Assembly: GCA_963748625.1 (NCBI GenBank) | Contig: CAVVJT010000007.1 | Location: 1,184,001-1,248,000 of the forward strand | Direction of reading: 5' to 3' | DNA from: an uncultured Chloroflexia bacterium | Lineage (GTDB): Bacteria > Chloroflexota > Limnocylindria > Limnocylindrales > CSP1-4 | DNA length: 64,000 bases | In this document: in pieces, positions 42,206 through 51,653 of the stretch | How the letters are laid out: the number at the start of each line of letters is the position of its first letter | How positions within the stretch are numbered: the first letter of the stretch is position 1 | Position numbers and translations under genes: made by a program | The notes under the pieces: model-generated | Seen by the model: the letters and a program-made list of their open reading frames with translations, nothing else | What the model was told of the DNA's origin: nothing | Databases searched by the model: none

Positions 42206-42712
42206 TCAGGCAGAGGGGGTTGCGGTGGCGGGCGCCGTGGACTCGAGGGTCTTCGCCTCGCCGGTGCTCACGGGCTGGATCCGGATCTGGCGCGGCTTCA
42301 CCTGCTCTGCCCTCGGCAGGCGCAGGCGCAGGACGCCGTTCTCGAACGTCGCCTCGGTCTTGTCCGGCTCCAGGCCGGTCGGCAGGGTCACGGTCCGCAT
42401 CACGGAACCGCGGCTGATCTCCCGGACGACCCAGCCGGCCCGCTCATCCGTCTCCTCCGAGCGGTCCTCGGCACGGATGGTGAGGGTGCCGTTCTCCACG
42501 GTGATGTCCACGTCCTCGGGCTTGAAGCCCGGGAGGGAGGCGGTCACGAGGAGGGCGTCCTTGGTGGTTCGGACATCGAGCGGGATGCGCGCGTCGCCGG
42601 CGCTCCCGTAGGCCGCGTACGGCCGGAACACGGTGTCATCGAAGAGGCGGTCCATCGCCTGGCGAAGCGTCACGAGCTCGCTGAAGGGCGACGGGCGACG
42701 GGTCATCGTCAT
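42206..42712 (-). CDS. Small heat shock protein Hsp20
   Basis: LPGFKPEDVDITVEN..LTI, ATFENGVLRLRLP; AGGAGG RBS. Confidence 0.93.
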   Translation of the reverse strand: MTMTRRPSPFSELVTLRQAMDRLFDDTVFRPYAAYGSAGDARIPLDVRTTKDALLVTASLPGFKPEDVDITVENGTLTIRAEDRSEETDERAGWVVREISRGSVMRTVTLPTGLEPDKTEATFENGVLRLRLPRAEQVKPRQIRIQPVSTGEAKTLESTAPATATPSA

Positions 42713-42789
42713 CGGGTCGATCCTCCTGCATCCTGCCGGCGGGGACGCCGCCGGCACGGGTGGGATTGGGTTGAGGGTTGCCTTCGCGA

Positions 42790-42820
42790 ACGATAGAACC
42801 ATGACAATGACATTGTCAAG
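42790..42820 (-). promoter_or_regulatory. Heat-shock operon promoter with HAIR-like operator
   Basis: Minus strand TTGACA-N18-TATCGT; inverted repeat CTTGACA-N7-TGTCATG at 42800-42820. Confidence 0.65.
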
Positions 42821-43116
42821 TCTTCTGCGCCTGGAGCAGGTTGAGATCCTGTCCGCACCCCGCCCGTGGCCCGCGCAGGAAAGCCCGCGCAGCTTCCGCC
42901 GACTCCGCTGGGAGTCACCATGGCACGGTCCGTGCGGCGAGCGTGCAACTACATCGAGGTCGCTGCACGGTTCGTGCACAAGGCGTCGATCCTTGACTCG
43001 AGCCGGAGTCAGGGGTCCCAAGGGCGACGTTCCAGCCCCCGGGCCCAGCCCACTGGCCCAGCCCCCGGACCCCGGAGGCGCCCCGGACCCCGCCCACGAC
43101 GCGCGAGCGATCGAGG

Positions 43117-43788
43117 CTAGATCTCGACGGGCTCTCCGATGAGCTGCAAGCGCAGCTCCGCCTCGCAGTCGGGCCGCCCGATCGCGATCACCTTGTCGCC
43201 CTCGGCAAGCACCACGTTCCCGGTCAGGGGACGCGGCTCGCCGTTGCGGATGACACCGAACATCGAGCAGCCCGCGGGCACCGGGATGTCCAGCGCGAGC
43301 TTGCCGATGGCCGGCGAACCCGGCTGCAGGTGCGCCTCGATGATCTCGAGCTCGCCCACGCCCAGGGCCGCGAGGTGCAGCAGCTCGTGCACCGGGATGT
43401 CCTGCTCGATGGAGCCCAGGATCATCCGGGTGGGCGAGATGATCTCGTCCACGCCCAGGTGCCGGAACAGCTGCTCGTTCTTGGGGTTGTTGACGCGGGC
43501 GATCGTCCGGGGAACGTCGAAGTGGTGCTTCGCCATCTGGCAGATGACGAGGTTGTCCTCGTCATCGCCGGTGACCGCGGCCACGATGTCCGCGCGGTTG
43601 GCCCCGGCCTCCTGGAGGTACTTGCCCTCGCAGCCGTCCTGGCCGATGACCACCGACCCGATCTCGTCAGCGATCTGCTCCGCCCGCCTGCGGTCCTTCT
43701 CCATGAGGGCCACCTCGTGGCCCGATGCGATCAGCTCCTTGGTCAGGTAGTAGCCCACCTTCCCGCCGCCGACGACAAGCACGAACAT
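43117..43788 (-). CDS. TrkA-family potassium uptake regulator (RCK-N + RCK-C)
   Basis: VGGGKVG, TGDDEDN, IARVNNP, C-terminal TrkA-C. Confidence 0.9.
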   Translation of the reverse strand: MFVLVVGGGKVGYYLTKELIASGHEVALMEKDRRRAEQIADEIGSVVIGQDGCEGKYLQEAGANRADIVAAVTGDDEDNLVICQMAKHHFDVPRTIARVNNPKNEQLFRHLGVDEIISPTRMILGSIEQDIPVHELLHLAALGVGELEIIEAHLQPGSPAIGKLALDIPVPAGCSMFGVIRNGEPRPLTGNVVLAEGDKVIAIGRPDCEAELRLQLIGEPVEI

Positions 43789-43792
43789 GGGT

Positions 43793-44257
43793 CTACTCCT
43801 CCGAGTCGCCGTCGTGGGCGTGGGCCGTCGGCGGGTAGATGCCCGGCCGGTCGCCCGTCGCCTGGCCGAGGAAGCCCAGGACGGCCGACATCATCAGGTT
43901 CGTCCGGCACAGGGCGGCGACGCCCAGGTGGGCGTAGGCCTCGGCGCGGACCGGATCGTTGATCTTGGCGATGACACGCTTCGCGCCCAGCGCCTCCTGG
44001 CCCAGCTGTGCGGCCATGACGTTGCGGTTGTCGCCCTCGGTGGCCGTGAGGAACAGGTCGGCGTCCGTCGCACCAGCTCGACGCAGGGTGTCCTCGTCGG
44101 TACCGTCGCCACGTAGCGCGGTGCCGCCGAAGGCCGCCGGCAGCCGGTCGAAGGCGGACGCGGAGAGGTCAAGGATCAGGACCTGCCAGCCGGCCCGGTC
44201 CAGGTCGTCGGCCAAGCCGGCCCCGACGCGACCACAGCCGACGATGACGGCTTTCAT
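43793..44257 (-). CDS. TrkA-N (RCK-N only) protein
   Basis: IVGCGRVG, GDGTD, TEGDNRN. Confidence 0.88.
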   Translation of the reverse strand: MKAVIVGCGRVGAGLADDLDRAGWQVLILDLSASAFDRLPAAFGGTALRGDGTDEDTLRRAGATDADLFLTATEGDNRNVMAAQLGQEALGAKRVIAKINDPVRAEAYAHLGVAALCRTNLMMSAVLGFLGQATGDRPGIYPPTAHAHDGDSEE

Positions 44258-44712
44258 GCTTGCTCCTCGGGCATCGCCTCGCGGACGACCCAGACGCCGC
44301 AGGGGGCGTTCTTCAGGATGTACGGGATGGTCCGGCCCACGGCGAACTCGCCGCCGAAACGGCGGCGGAACGGCAGGCCGCAGATGATGAGGTCCGCCCC
44401 CCGCTCGGTCGCCTCGTCCACGATCGCTGCGCCGACGTCACGCGCCTGCAGCAGGACGGTCTCGAGCTGGTACTTGGATGCCTCAGCGGTTGTCTCGGCA
44501 ATGTCGAGGACCCGCTGCGCCTGCTCGTCATGGCCGGCAATGTCCGCATCCAGGGGATGCGTCCAGTCGATCTCCACCACGTGCACACCGACGAGCTCGG
44601 CATGGCCCTGGCGGGCGAGGTCCGCGGCGAGTGCCACGATCGGCCGGTCCGTCCGGCCACCGGACAGTGCTACGACAGCACGCCGGAATTGCGGTGCCGA
44701 CGAGTCGGCCAC
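44254..44712 (-). CDS. Universal stress protein
   Basis: AIVDEATERGADLIICG...GRTIPYILKNAPCGVWVV. Confidence 0.88.
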   Translation of the reverse strand: MADSSAPQFRRAVVALSGGRTDRPIVALAADLARQGHAELVGVHVVEIDWTHPLDADIAGHDEQAQRVLDIAETTAEASKYQLETVLLQARDVGAAIVDEATERGADLIICGLPFRRRFGGEFAVGRTIPYILKNAPCGVWVVREAMPEEQA

Positions 44713-44842
44713 GATGCTCAGGAGCCTCCAGGATCAGGCGACGACCCGGGCCTCTGGGGCGCTCCCGGACGTGTCGTCGCGACGGGTCACGATACCACCG
44801 GGTCGTGATGACCACCCCTACGGTTCGGTCGACTCCGCAGGG

Positions 44843-46963
44843 CTACTGGTCCCGATCTCCACGGGACCCGGTGCCTGGACCGCCCGCCGGAGTCCCGCCA
44901 TTCGGCCCCATCCCACTGCCCGCGACGGCCACGGCAGGCTCATGCTGCTCGCTCCGCCGGTACGGCACGTCCGCGATGACGGTGTGCTCCCGTCCGACGA
45001 GCGATGCCTTCAGGCGCTTCGCCGTCTGGTTGTAGAGCACCCGGTCCCACCAGCGACGCGCCACGTATTCGGGCAGCACCACGATCGTGGTCGGGGCCTC
45101 CCTGTCGGGCGGCCATGCCCGCTCGAGGACGTCGAGGTACGTGATCACCGGGCCCACGAGCGCGCGATAGGGAGACTCCACCACCACCAGTGGCACGCCC
45201 GGCAGCTGGCGCTCCCAGCGCTCGCGGAGCTTGTCAGCCTCCTCGATCTCGGTGGTGACGAAGACCGCCTGCAGCAGTGACGGGTCACTTGCGAGCGACT
45301 TGCCGAACATGACCGCCTGCACGACCGAGCGGTTGATCCCGTTCACCGGAATGACGACTCGCTGCTCTCGATGGGGCCGGTCGAACACCAGTTCGTCGTC
45401 CACCTCCAGCTCGATGGACTGGGCGTCGTACTGGCGCCGGATGAACAGCATCCCGCCGATCAGGGTGGGGATCAGCACCACCACCAGCCACGCGCCGGAC
45501 GTGAACTTGACGGACGTCACGACGATTGCGATGACGAGCGTGAGGAAGGCGCCGATCGCGTTGATCGTCAGCCGGTATTTCCAGCCCTGGTCCTTGGTGG
45601 TCAGCCAGTGCTTGACCATGCCGGACTGCGCGATCGTGAAGTCGATGAACACGCCCACCGCATACAGCGGGATCAGGGCGTGGGTGGAGCCGCCGCCGGC
45701 GATGACCACGAGGGCGGCCACGGTGCCCAGCAGGATGATGCCGGTGGAGTAGGCGAGCCGGTCGCCGCGGAACGCGAACTGGCGGGGCACGAAGCCGTCC
45801 TCGGCGAGGACGGCGGCCAGGCGCGGGAACGCGGCGAAGGAGGTGTTGGCGGCCAGGAACAGCAGCAGCGCGGTGAACGCCTGGAACAGGTAGAAGCCGA
45901 TCGTGTCGCCGTAGACGTGGTTGGCGATCTGGGCGATGACCGTCTGGCCGTGCGACGGCAGGATGTGGAAGCTCGAGGCCAGGAACGTGATCCCGATGAA
46001 CAGGGCGGCGAGGATGGCGGCCATCGCCATCAGCGTCCGAGCGGCGTTGCGGGACTCGGGCGGCTGGAACGCGGGCACTCCTGTCGCGATCGCCTCGGTG
46101 CCGGTGAGGGCGACGGCGCCCGACGCGAAGGCCCGGATCAGGATCAGGAACGTGACGTCGGTGGCGGTCTGGCTCATGGCCGCGATGACCTCTTCCGACG
46201 GGGCCGGGCCCGTGTCGCCCATGAACAGGATGCGGAAGGTGCCCATGCCGATCATCAGGAAGGCTGAGCCCAGGAACAGGTAGGTGGGGATCGCGAAGAT
46301 GTTCCCCGCCTCCCGCAGGCCGCGCAGGTTGCCCAGCGTGATCAGGCCGATCGCGGTCACGCCGATCACGACCTTCCAGTCGTAGAGCGCAGGCACGGCC
46401 GACGCGATCTGCTCCACCGCGGACGAGGTGGAGACCGCCACCGTGAGGGTGTAGTCGATCAGCAGCGCGGACGCGGCGATGAGCGATGCCATGCGGCCGA
46501 AGTTCGCCTTTGACACCGAGTAGGAGCCGCCGCCCGTGGGGTAGGCGTAGCAGACCTGGCGGTAGCTGAAGGCGACGATCGCGAGCAGGATCGCGATCGC
46601 GATCGCCACCTCGATCGAGAAGAAGAACGCGGCCCCGCCGACCCCCGCGGCGATGAATGCCAGCAGGATCTCCTCGGTTGCGTACGCCGAGGATGAGATC
46701 GCGTCCGAGCTGAAGATCGCGAGGGCCTTCTTCTTGGACAGGCGCTCCCCGAGCTCCTCCTCGTTGGCCAGCGGCCGTCCCAGCAGCGTGTGCTTGAGCC
46801 GCATCGTGAAGCGGCCGGTGGAGGTGGTGGGGGCGTTGGCGGCGGCCTTGGCCGTGAGCTGGCCCGGCCCGGTGTAGCGGAAGTAGGGCGAGTGGTGGCG
46901 CTCCACGCGGACGCGCTTGTCGCCGGGCTTGCGACCCTGGACTGGACGCCTGCCTCCGATCAT
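44843..46963 (-). CDS. APC-family permease, KimA/YdaO-like
   Basis: FSSDAISSSAYATEE, YPTGGGSY, ALTGTEA, LIPLYAVGVF, SPYR, LYNQTA. Confidence 0.88.
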   Translation of the reverse strand: MIGGRRPVQGRKPGDKRVRVERHHSPYFRYTGPGQLTAKAAANAPTTSTGRFTMRLKHTLLGRPLANEEELGERLSKKKALAIFSSDAISSSAYATEEILLAFIAAGVGGAAFFFSIEVAIAIAILLAIVAFSYRQVCYAYPTGGGSYSVSKANFGRMASLIAASALLIDYTLTVAVSTSSAVEQIASAVPALYDWKVVIGVTAIGLITLGNLRGLREAGNIFAIPTYLFLGSAFLMIGMGTFRILFMGDTGPAPSEEVIAAMSQTATDVTFLILIRAFASGAVALTGTEAIATGVPAFQPPESRNAARTLMAMAAILAALFIGITFLASSFHILPSHGQTVIAQIANHVYGDTIGFYLFQAFTALLLFLAANTSFAAFPRLAAVLAEDGFVPRQFAFRGDRLAYSTGIILLGTVAALVVIAGGGSTHALIPLYAVGVFIDFTIAQSGMVKHWLTTKDQGWKYRLTINAIGAFLTLVIAIVVTSVKFTSGAWLVVVLIPTLIGGMLFIRRQYDAQSIELEVDDELVFDRPHREQRVVIPVNGINRSVVQAVMFGKSLASDPSLLQAVFVTTEIEEADKLRERWERQLPGVPLVVVESPYRALVGPVITYLDVLERAWPPDREAPTTIVVLPEYVARRWWDRVLYNQTAKRLKASLVGREHTVIADVPYRRSEQHEPAVAVAGSGMGPNGGTPAGGPGTGSRGDRDQ

Positions 46964-46967
46964 CGGC

Positions 46968-47693
46968 TCACAGTCCGTACGCCAGGCGCGCCACCAGGCG
47001 CTCCGGCAGCTCGAGGCCGCTCATGCGTGCCTGGACCGCCGCGATGTCGTAGGACGTGCGACGCCATGTGGCCTCCCCGGCCTCCGTGTCGAGCAGCATC
47101 CATGACGCGGTCGGGATGCCATCCCGCGGCTGGCCGACGCTGCCCGGGTTGAGGAGCACCCGGCGGCCCTCGTCGAACCCGACCTTGGAGCCCGACCCGG
47201 GGCTCATCGTCTCGAGGCGCCCGTCCTCCTCGATGTAGGCGATCGGGAGATGTGTGTGGCCGTGCAGGCCGTGCGGCGTGTCCATGGCCGCCATCCCGGC
47301 CCGGGCGACAGGTGTGGACGTGACGTACTCCCAGATCGGATCGCGCGGGCTGCCGTGGACGAGCGTGAACCCCTCGCGTTCGAGTCGTTCGGGCAAGGCG
47401 GTCAGCCAGGCCTTCGTCTCGTCCCCGATGTGCTCGCGCGTCCAGATCATGGCATTGCGTGCATCCACGTTGAAGTAGTCGATCTCGCGGCCGCCGATCG
47501 CGGCGGCGTCATGGTTGCCCCGCACCCCGATCGCACCGATCTCGCGCAGCCGGGCGACCACACCGTCGGGATCGGGACCGTAGCCCACGACGTCGCCCAA
47601 CTGCCAGACCTCATCCACGGACGGGACCTCGGCGAGGACGGCGTCGAGCGCCACGAGGTTCGCGTGGATGTCGGAGAAGACCGCGACACGCAT
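46968..47693 (-). CDS. Calcineurin-like metallophosphoesterase
   Basis: SDIHAN, LGDVVGYG, GNHD, VHGSP, GHTH, NPGSVGQPRD. Confidence 0.92.
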   Translation of the reverse strand: MRVAVFSDIHANLVALDAVLAEVPSVDEVWQLGDVVGYGPDPDGVVARLREIGAIGVRGNHDAAAIGGREIDYFNVDARNAMIWTREHIGDETKAWLTALPERLEREGFTLVHGSPRDPIWEYVTSTPVARAGMAAMDTPHGLHGHTHLPIAYIEEDGRLETMSPGSGSKVGFDEGRRVLLNPGSVGQPRDGIPTASWMLLDTEAGEATWRRTSYDIAAVQARMSGLELPERLVARLAYGL

Positions 47694-47760
47694 TCCGGCA
47701 GGGTAGCGCGGCGGCGCGCCCCGTGGAGGGTCAAGCGTCTCGCGGATGCCGTCGGCGGTC

Positions 47761-48558
47761 CTACAGCGGGTGGCGCTTGCGCTCGGCCGGATCGCGCGGG
47801 AACCGGGCATCGACGGGCCCGCCGCGTGGCACCACGATCAACCGGTGGGCCTCGAGGCCGGGGATCGTGACGGGCACCACCTCCACCGGTCCCGCCGCCA
47901 GCGCCCGGAGCGCGCCTTCTGCCGCGGCGATCTCGTCGTCCACGGGCGCCCGCTTCCAGGCGACGAGGACGCCGCCTGGGGCGACGAGGGGCAGGGCGAT
48001 CTCCACGAGCTCCGCCAGCGAGGACACTGCCCGCGCGGTGACGACGGGCCAGGCACCCCGGTCGCGCCGGTCTCGCGCGAGGACCTCGGAGCGGACCGTC
48101 TCGGCGGCCACGCGCCGCTCGAGGCCGGTCGCCTCGATCACGGTCTGGAGGAACCGCACCTTCTTGCCCACCGAGTCCACCAGGAGCGCCCGGTCCGAGC
48201 CCAGCGCGACGGCCAGGGGAAGGCCTGGGAAGCCCCCGCCCGAGCCGATGTCGAGCAGCCGGCTCACGCCCCGTGTCCGCAGGAGCGGGAGGGCGGAAAG
48301 GCTGTCGAGGACGTGCAGCCGGGCGACATCGGCCGGCTCCCGGATCGCGGTGAGGTTGATCGCGTCCGTCCAGGCGAGGAGGAACCGGACGTGGGCGTCG
48401 ATGGTCGCGCGGGCGCCCGGATCCAGCTCCGCGCCGAGCGCGCGAAGACCGGCGTCGACGATCTCGTCGTACGCGTCGGGGAGCTGGGGCAGGTCCAGAA
48501 CGCGCGTCGGGAGCGGACCTCTCGGCCGGTCCAGGGGCACCCTCCTCTGGGTAGGCAC
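47761..48558 (-). CDS. rsmG: 16S rRNA m7G527 methyltransferase
   Basis: INLTAI, HVLDSL, DIGSGGGFPG, DSVGKK..FL, TARAV. Confidence 0.93.
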   Translation of the reverse strand: MPTQRRVPLDRPRGPLPTRVLDLPQLPDAYDEIVDAGLRALGAELDPGARATIDAHVRFLLAWTDAINLTAIREPADVARLHVLDSLSALPLLRTRGVSRLLDIGSGGGFPGLPLAVALGSDRALLVDSVGKKVRFLQTVIEATGLERRVAAETVRSEVLARDRRDRGAWPVVTARAVSSLAELVEIALPLVAPGGVLVAWKRAPVDDEIAAAEGALRALAAGPVEVVPVTIPGLEAHRLIVVPRGGPVDARFPRDPAERKRHPL

Positions 48559-48619
48559 TCGGAACCGTCCGGGAGCCGCTCCCGGCGTCGTTCATGCACG
48601 ACGGCCGGCGTCGACCCGG

Positions 48620-48789
48620 TTGTGCACCACCCGGTCGGTTCCGGTCCGGGTTTCCCCGTGACCCCTCGCGGATGGTGCTTCCCGATGCGCGCGTGCTGCG
48701 TGCGGAGTGCGGAATTTAGGCTCGCACACCGGAGGCGTCAAGGGGAGTTGTCCACGATTCGCGCCCCGGTGGACGATCGCTGTGGATAA
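48620..48789. promoter_or_regulatory. Cluster of DnaA boxes
   Basis: Perfect TGTGGATAA at 48781-48789; TTGTCCACG at 48748; weaker GGTGGACGA at 48768 and TTGTGCACC at 48620. Confidence 0.5.
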
Positions 48790-49051
48790 CCGGGCGCCGG
48801 TCACCCGGGCCGCCAAGCCGCGGTCGCCAGGCCGCCGCTGTGAGCGCCGTTCCGGCACACCGTGCGGTCCCGTCGTCGATTGCTCGGCCAGCCCGCAGGA
48901 TGTGGGCCATCCGGGTGGGCCAAAGGCACAGACTGCGCAACGTTCGAGCATCCAACGACGTGGGCGCCCGGTGTGCGCGATGGATGCACGCGAGCGGGTC
49001 AAGTCCCAGCGCGTGGGGTGAGCAGGGATTGGCTACATCAGGCCGGCCGCG

Positions 49052-49429
49052 TCAGCCGGTGTTCTTGGTTCCCCGCACCGGTCGACCCAGGGTCCGGCGG
49101 ACCACGTCCACCACCTCGTCCACGTACCTGTCGGCCTCGCCTCGCTCGGCGGCCGTGCGCACGCAGCCCTGGACGTGGTCCTCGAGGATCATGATCGACA
49201 CCGCATCGATCGCCGCACGGAGCGCCGCGGTCTGCTGGAGGATGTCCACGCAGTACTCCTCGCGCTCGATCATCCGCGCGATGCCGCGGACCTGGCCCTC
49301 GATCCGGCTCAGGCGCCGGACGAGCTGCGCCTTGTCCTTGCTGTAGCTGTGGCGGAACGAGGCATTCGCACCGTGGCCCGCATGGGCGCCGTCATGCGCG
49401 GAAGCGGGCCGGGAGGGCGTTTCAGGCAT
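49052..49429 (-). CDS. CsoR-family metal-sensing repressor
   Basis: RLSRIEGQVRGI..M, YCVDILQQ, EDHVQGCV (C-H-C ligand set). Confidence 0.9.
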   Translation of the reverse strand: MPETPSRPASAHDGAHAGHGANASFRHSYSKDKAQLVRRLSRIEGQVRGIARMIEREEYCVDILQQTAALRAAIDAVSIMILEDHVQGCVRTAAERGEADRYVDEVVDVVRRTLGRPVRGTKNTG

Positions 49430-49437
49430 GTCCCGAT

Positions 49438-49456
49438 GATACCCCATGGGGGTATC
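49438..49456. promoter_or_regulatory. CsoR-type operator
   Basis: Perfect palindrome GATACCCC-atg-GGGGTATC overlapping the minus-strand -10 box TATCAT. Confidence 0.75.
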
Positions 49457-49547
49457 CGATTCCGGGGCGGTCGCCGGGGTGTCCGGGAGGCCATCCTTCG
49501 GTAGACTCAGGGTCGATGAACCACCTCGGATTCCGGGCACGCCACGA

Positions 49548-50288
49548 ATGGGCAGGCGACTCCCGGCCGGGTGCCGCGTGAGCGCCGCACCGGTGCTGGC
49601 ACGCCCCGCCTTCGCCCACGCGAGCGAGGCCGAGCTCGCCCGGATCCTTGACTACTACCAGGTCCGCTGGGAGTACGAGCCGGACACCTTCCCGATCGGC
49701 TGGAGCCTGGCCGGGGAGGTGGTGGAGAGCTTCTCCCCCGACTTCTACCTGCCGGACATGGACCTGTACGTGGAGCTGACCACGCTCAAGCAGAAGCTGG
49801 TCCGCAAGAAGAACCGCAAGCTGCGCCGCCTGCGCGAGCTCTACCCGGATATCCGCATCAAGCTCTTCTATGCGCGCGACTTCCGCATGCTGCTGCTCAA
49901 GTTCGGCCGGCTCGCGCTGCACGACGAGCTCTCGGGGACCGTCGGCCAGGCGACGCCGCCGCGCCCGGCGGACATGATCGTCACCGAGGCGGGCGAGCAT
50001 GCCGCGGAGCTCGTGGCGCTCGCGCTCGGGCCGAGCCCGGCCGCCGCCGGGCCGGTCCCGGCCGCCGACGCCGTGGTGGCTGCCGCCGACGCCGTGGTGG
50101 CTGCTGCCGTGATCGCCGCCGGTCCCGCCATCCCGGCCGTGGACACCGTCCACCAGGTCGACGGGGAGCCCGGCACCCCGCACATGCCTGCCGGGCAGGG
50201 GCGCGGCCGTCGTCGTGGACGTCGCCGTCGCCGCGAGGCCGCGGCGCTGACCCTCGCCCCCGCTTCGGCGGATGGGGCCGGCATATGA
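49548..50288 (+). CDS. Hypothetical protein with PD-(D/E)xK-like domain
   Basis: SEAELARILD...WEYEP...FSPDFYLP..DLYVELT; low-complexity C-terminus; start uncertain. Confidence 0.6.
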   Translation: MGRRLPAGCRVSAAPVLARPAFAHASEAELARILDYYQVRWEYEPDTFPIGWSLAGEVVESFSPDFYLPDMDLYVELTTLKQKLVRKKNRKLRRLRELYPDIRIKLFYARDFRMLLLKFGRLALHDELSGTVGQATPPRPADMIVTEAGEHAAELVALALGPSPAAAGPVPAADAVVAAADAVVAAAVIAAGPAIPAVDTVHQVDGEPGTPHMPAGQGRGRRRGRRRRREAAALTLAPASADGAGI

Positions 50289-50370
50289 GCCCGGTCGCCG
50301 TGCGCTCCGGCGCCGGACAGGCGATCATCGACCTGCACCCCGTCCCTCCGGAGGCAGTACCAGTCCCGTC

Positions 50371-50937
50371 ATGAGCTCATCACCCGACATGCTCGCCGAC
50401 ATCGGTGACGTCCTCCTCAGCGAGGAGGCCATCGCCAAGCGCGTCCAGGAGTTGGGCGCCCAGATCGCGCAGGACTACGCCGGCCGCACCCTGACGCTCG
50501 TGAGCGTGCTCAAGGGCTCGCTGCCGTTCATGGCGGACCTGATGCGCCAGATCCCGCTGCCCCTCCGGATCGACCTGATGGAGGTCAGCTCGTACGGAGG
50601 GACCGCCACCGAGTCGTCAGGCCTGGTCCGGATCATCAAGGACCTGTCCAAGAGCATCGACGGTGAGGACGTGCTCCTGGTCGAGGACATCATCGACACC
50701 GGGCTCACCCTCAACTACCTCGTCCGGTACCTGAAGGGCAAGAACCCCAACTCGCTGAAGATCTGCACCCTGCTCGACAAGCCGGCCCGCCGCCTCGTCG
50801 AAATCCCGGTGGACTACCAGGGCTTCGAGATCCCGGACCAGTTCGTGGTCGGCTACGGCCTCGACTACGGCGAGCTCTACCGGAACCTGCGCTTCGTGGG
50901 CGTGCTGCGTCCCGAGGTCTACGGGGCCGCCGACTGA
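50371..50937 (+). CDS. hpt: Hypoxanthine phosphoribosyltransferase
   Basis: VLKGS, VSSYG, VEDIIDTGLTL, LLDK, FVVGYGLD. Confidence 0.95.
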   Translation: MSSSPDMLADIGDVLLSEEAIAKRVQELGAQIAQDYAGRTLTLVSVLKGSLPFMADLMRQIPLPLRIDLMEVSSYGGTATESSGLVRIIKDLSKSIDGEDVLLVEDIIDTGLTLNYLVRYLKGKNPNSLKICTLLDKPARRLVEIPVDYQGFEIPDQFVVGYGLDYGELYRNLRFVGVLRPEVYGAAD

Positions 50938-51359
50938 TGCACCGCCGCTCGCTGGGTCATGGGCGGCGGCTCGCCGCGATCGGGGCGCTCGTGCTGATCG
51001 TGGGCTGCCTGCTGCCGTGGTTCACCGTGGGCGGCGATGGTGGCCTGCCGCCGCAATCGTTCCGCTCGGTGGACTACCTGCCGGGCGTGATCGCGTTCCT
51101 GGCGGGTCTCGCGACCCTGGCCCTGGTGATCCTGCCGTTTGCGATGGGCCCCCGTCCCTCCGGGCTGGACCGCGGCCTTGTCTTCGGCATCCTCGCGGTC
51201 GCCGCGCTGCTCGGGGTCACGGTATGGCTTCCGGTCGCGCTGGCAGCCCCGCAGGGCCTGCTCCCTGATCGGGCGTACGGGTTCTGGATCTCCCTGGTGG
51301 GCGCGATCATCATGTGCCGCGCCGCGTACGACATCGGGCGGGAGGCGCGTCCTCACTGA
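50937..51359 (+). CDS. Hypothetical membrane protein (4 TM)
   Basis: Hydrophobic helices, LPW motif; TGATG coupling to hpt. Confidence 0.7.
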   Translation: MHRRSLGHGRRLAAIGALVLIVGCLLPWFTVGGDGGLPPQSFRSVDYLPGVIAFLAGLATLALVILPFAMGPRPSGLDRGLVFGILAVAALLGVTVWLPVALAAPQGLLPDRAYGFWISLVGAIIMCRAAYDIGREARPH

Positions 51360-51653
51360 GAGGCCCGCCCACGTGCAGGGCTTTCGCCGGCGCGCAGCGG
51401 CCGGTCACACTGTGCGCTCCTTGGCGCGCACCGGCCAGTCACCCTGTGCGCTCCTGGCGCGGTGTGAGCGGCTGACGCGCAGGGAATGCTCCCAGCAGCC
51501 CCTTCCAGCGCCCGAGCTGCGCACGTGGTGCTCACCCAGCGCTGCGACTGCCGGGTGTGGCTGGCCCGTGAGCACCGCCTCGGCCCTGCCTCCGGCCGCC
51601 TGATGGCCGCCTCGGCACCGCCTCCGGCCGCCTCGTCAGCCCGGGGGCCACGG

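Noticed and set aside
46960-46970. c-di-AMP (ydaO) riboswitch ahead of the KimA-like gene
   Set aside because: Only 4 bp separate it from the upstream gene, leaving no room.
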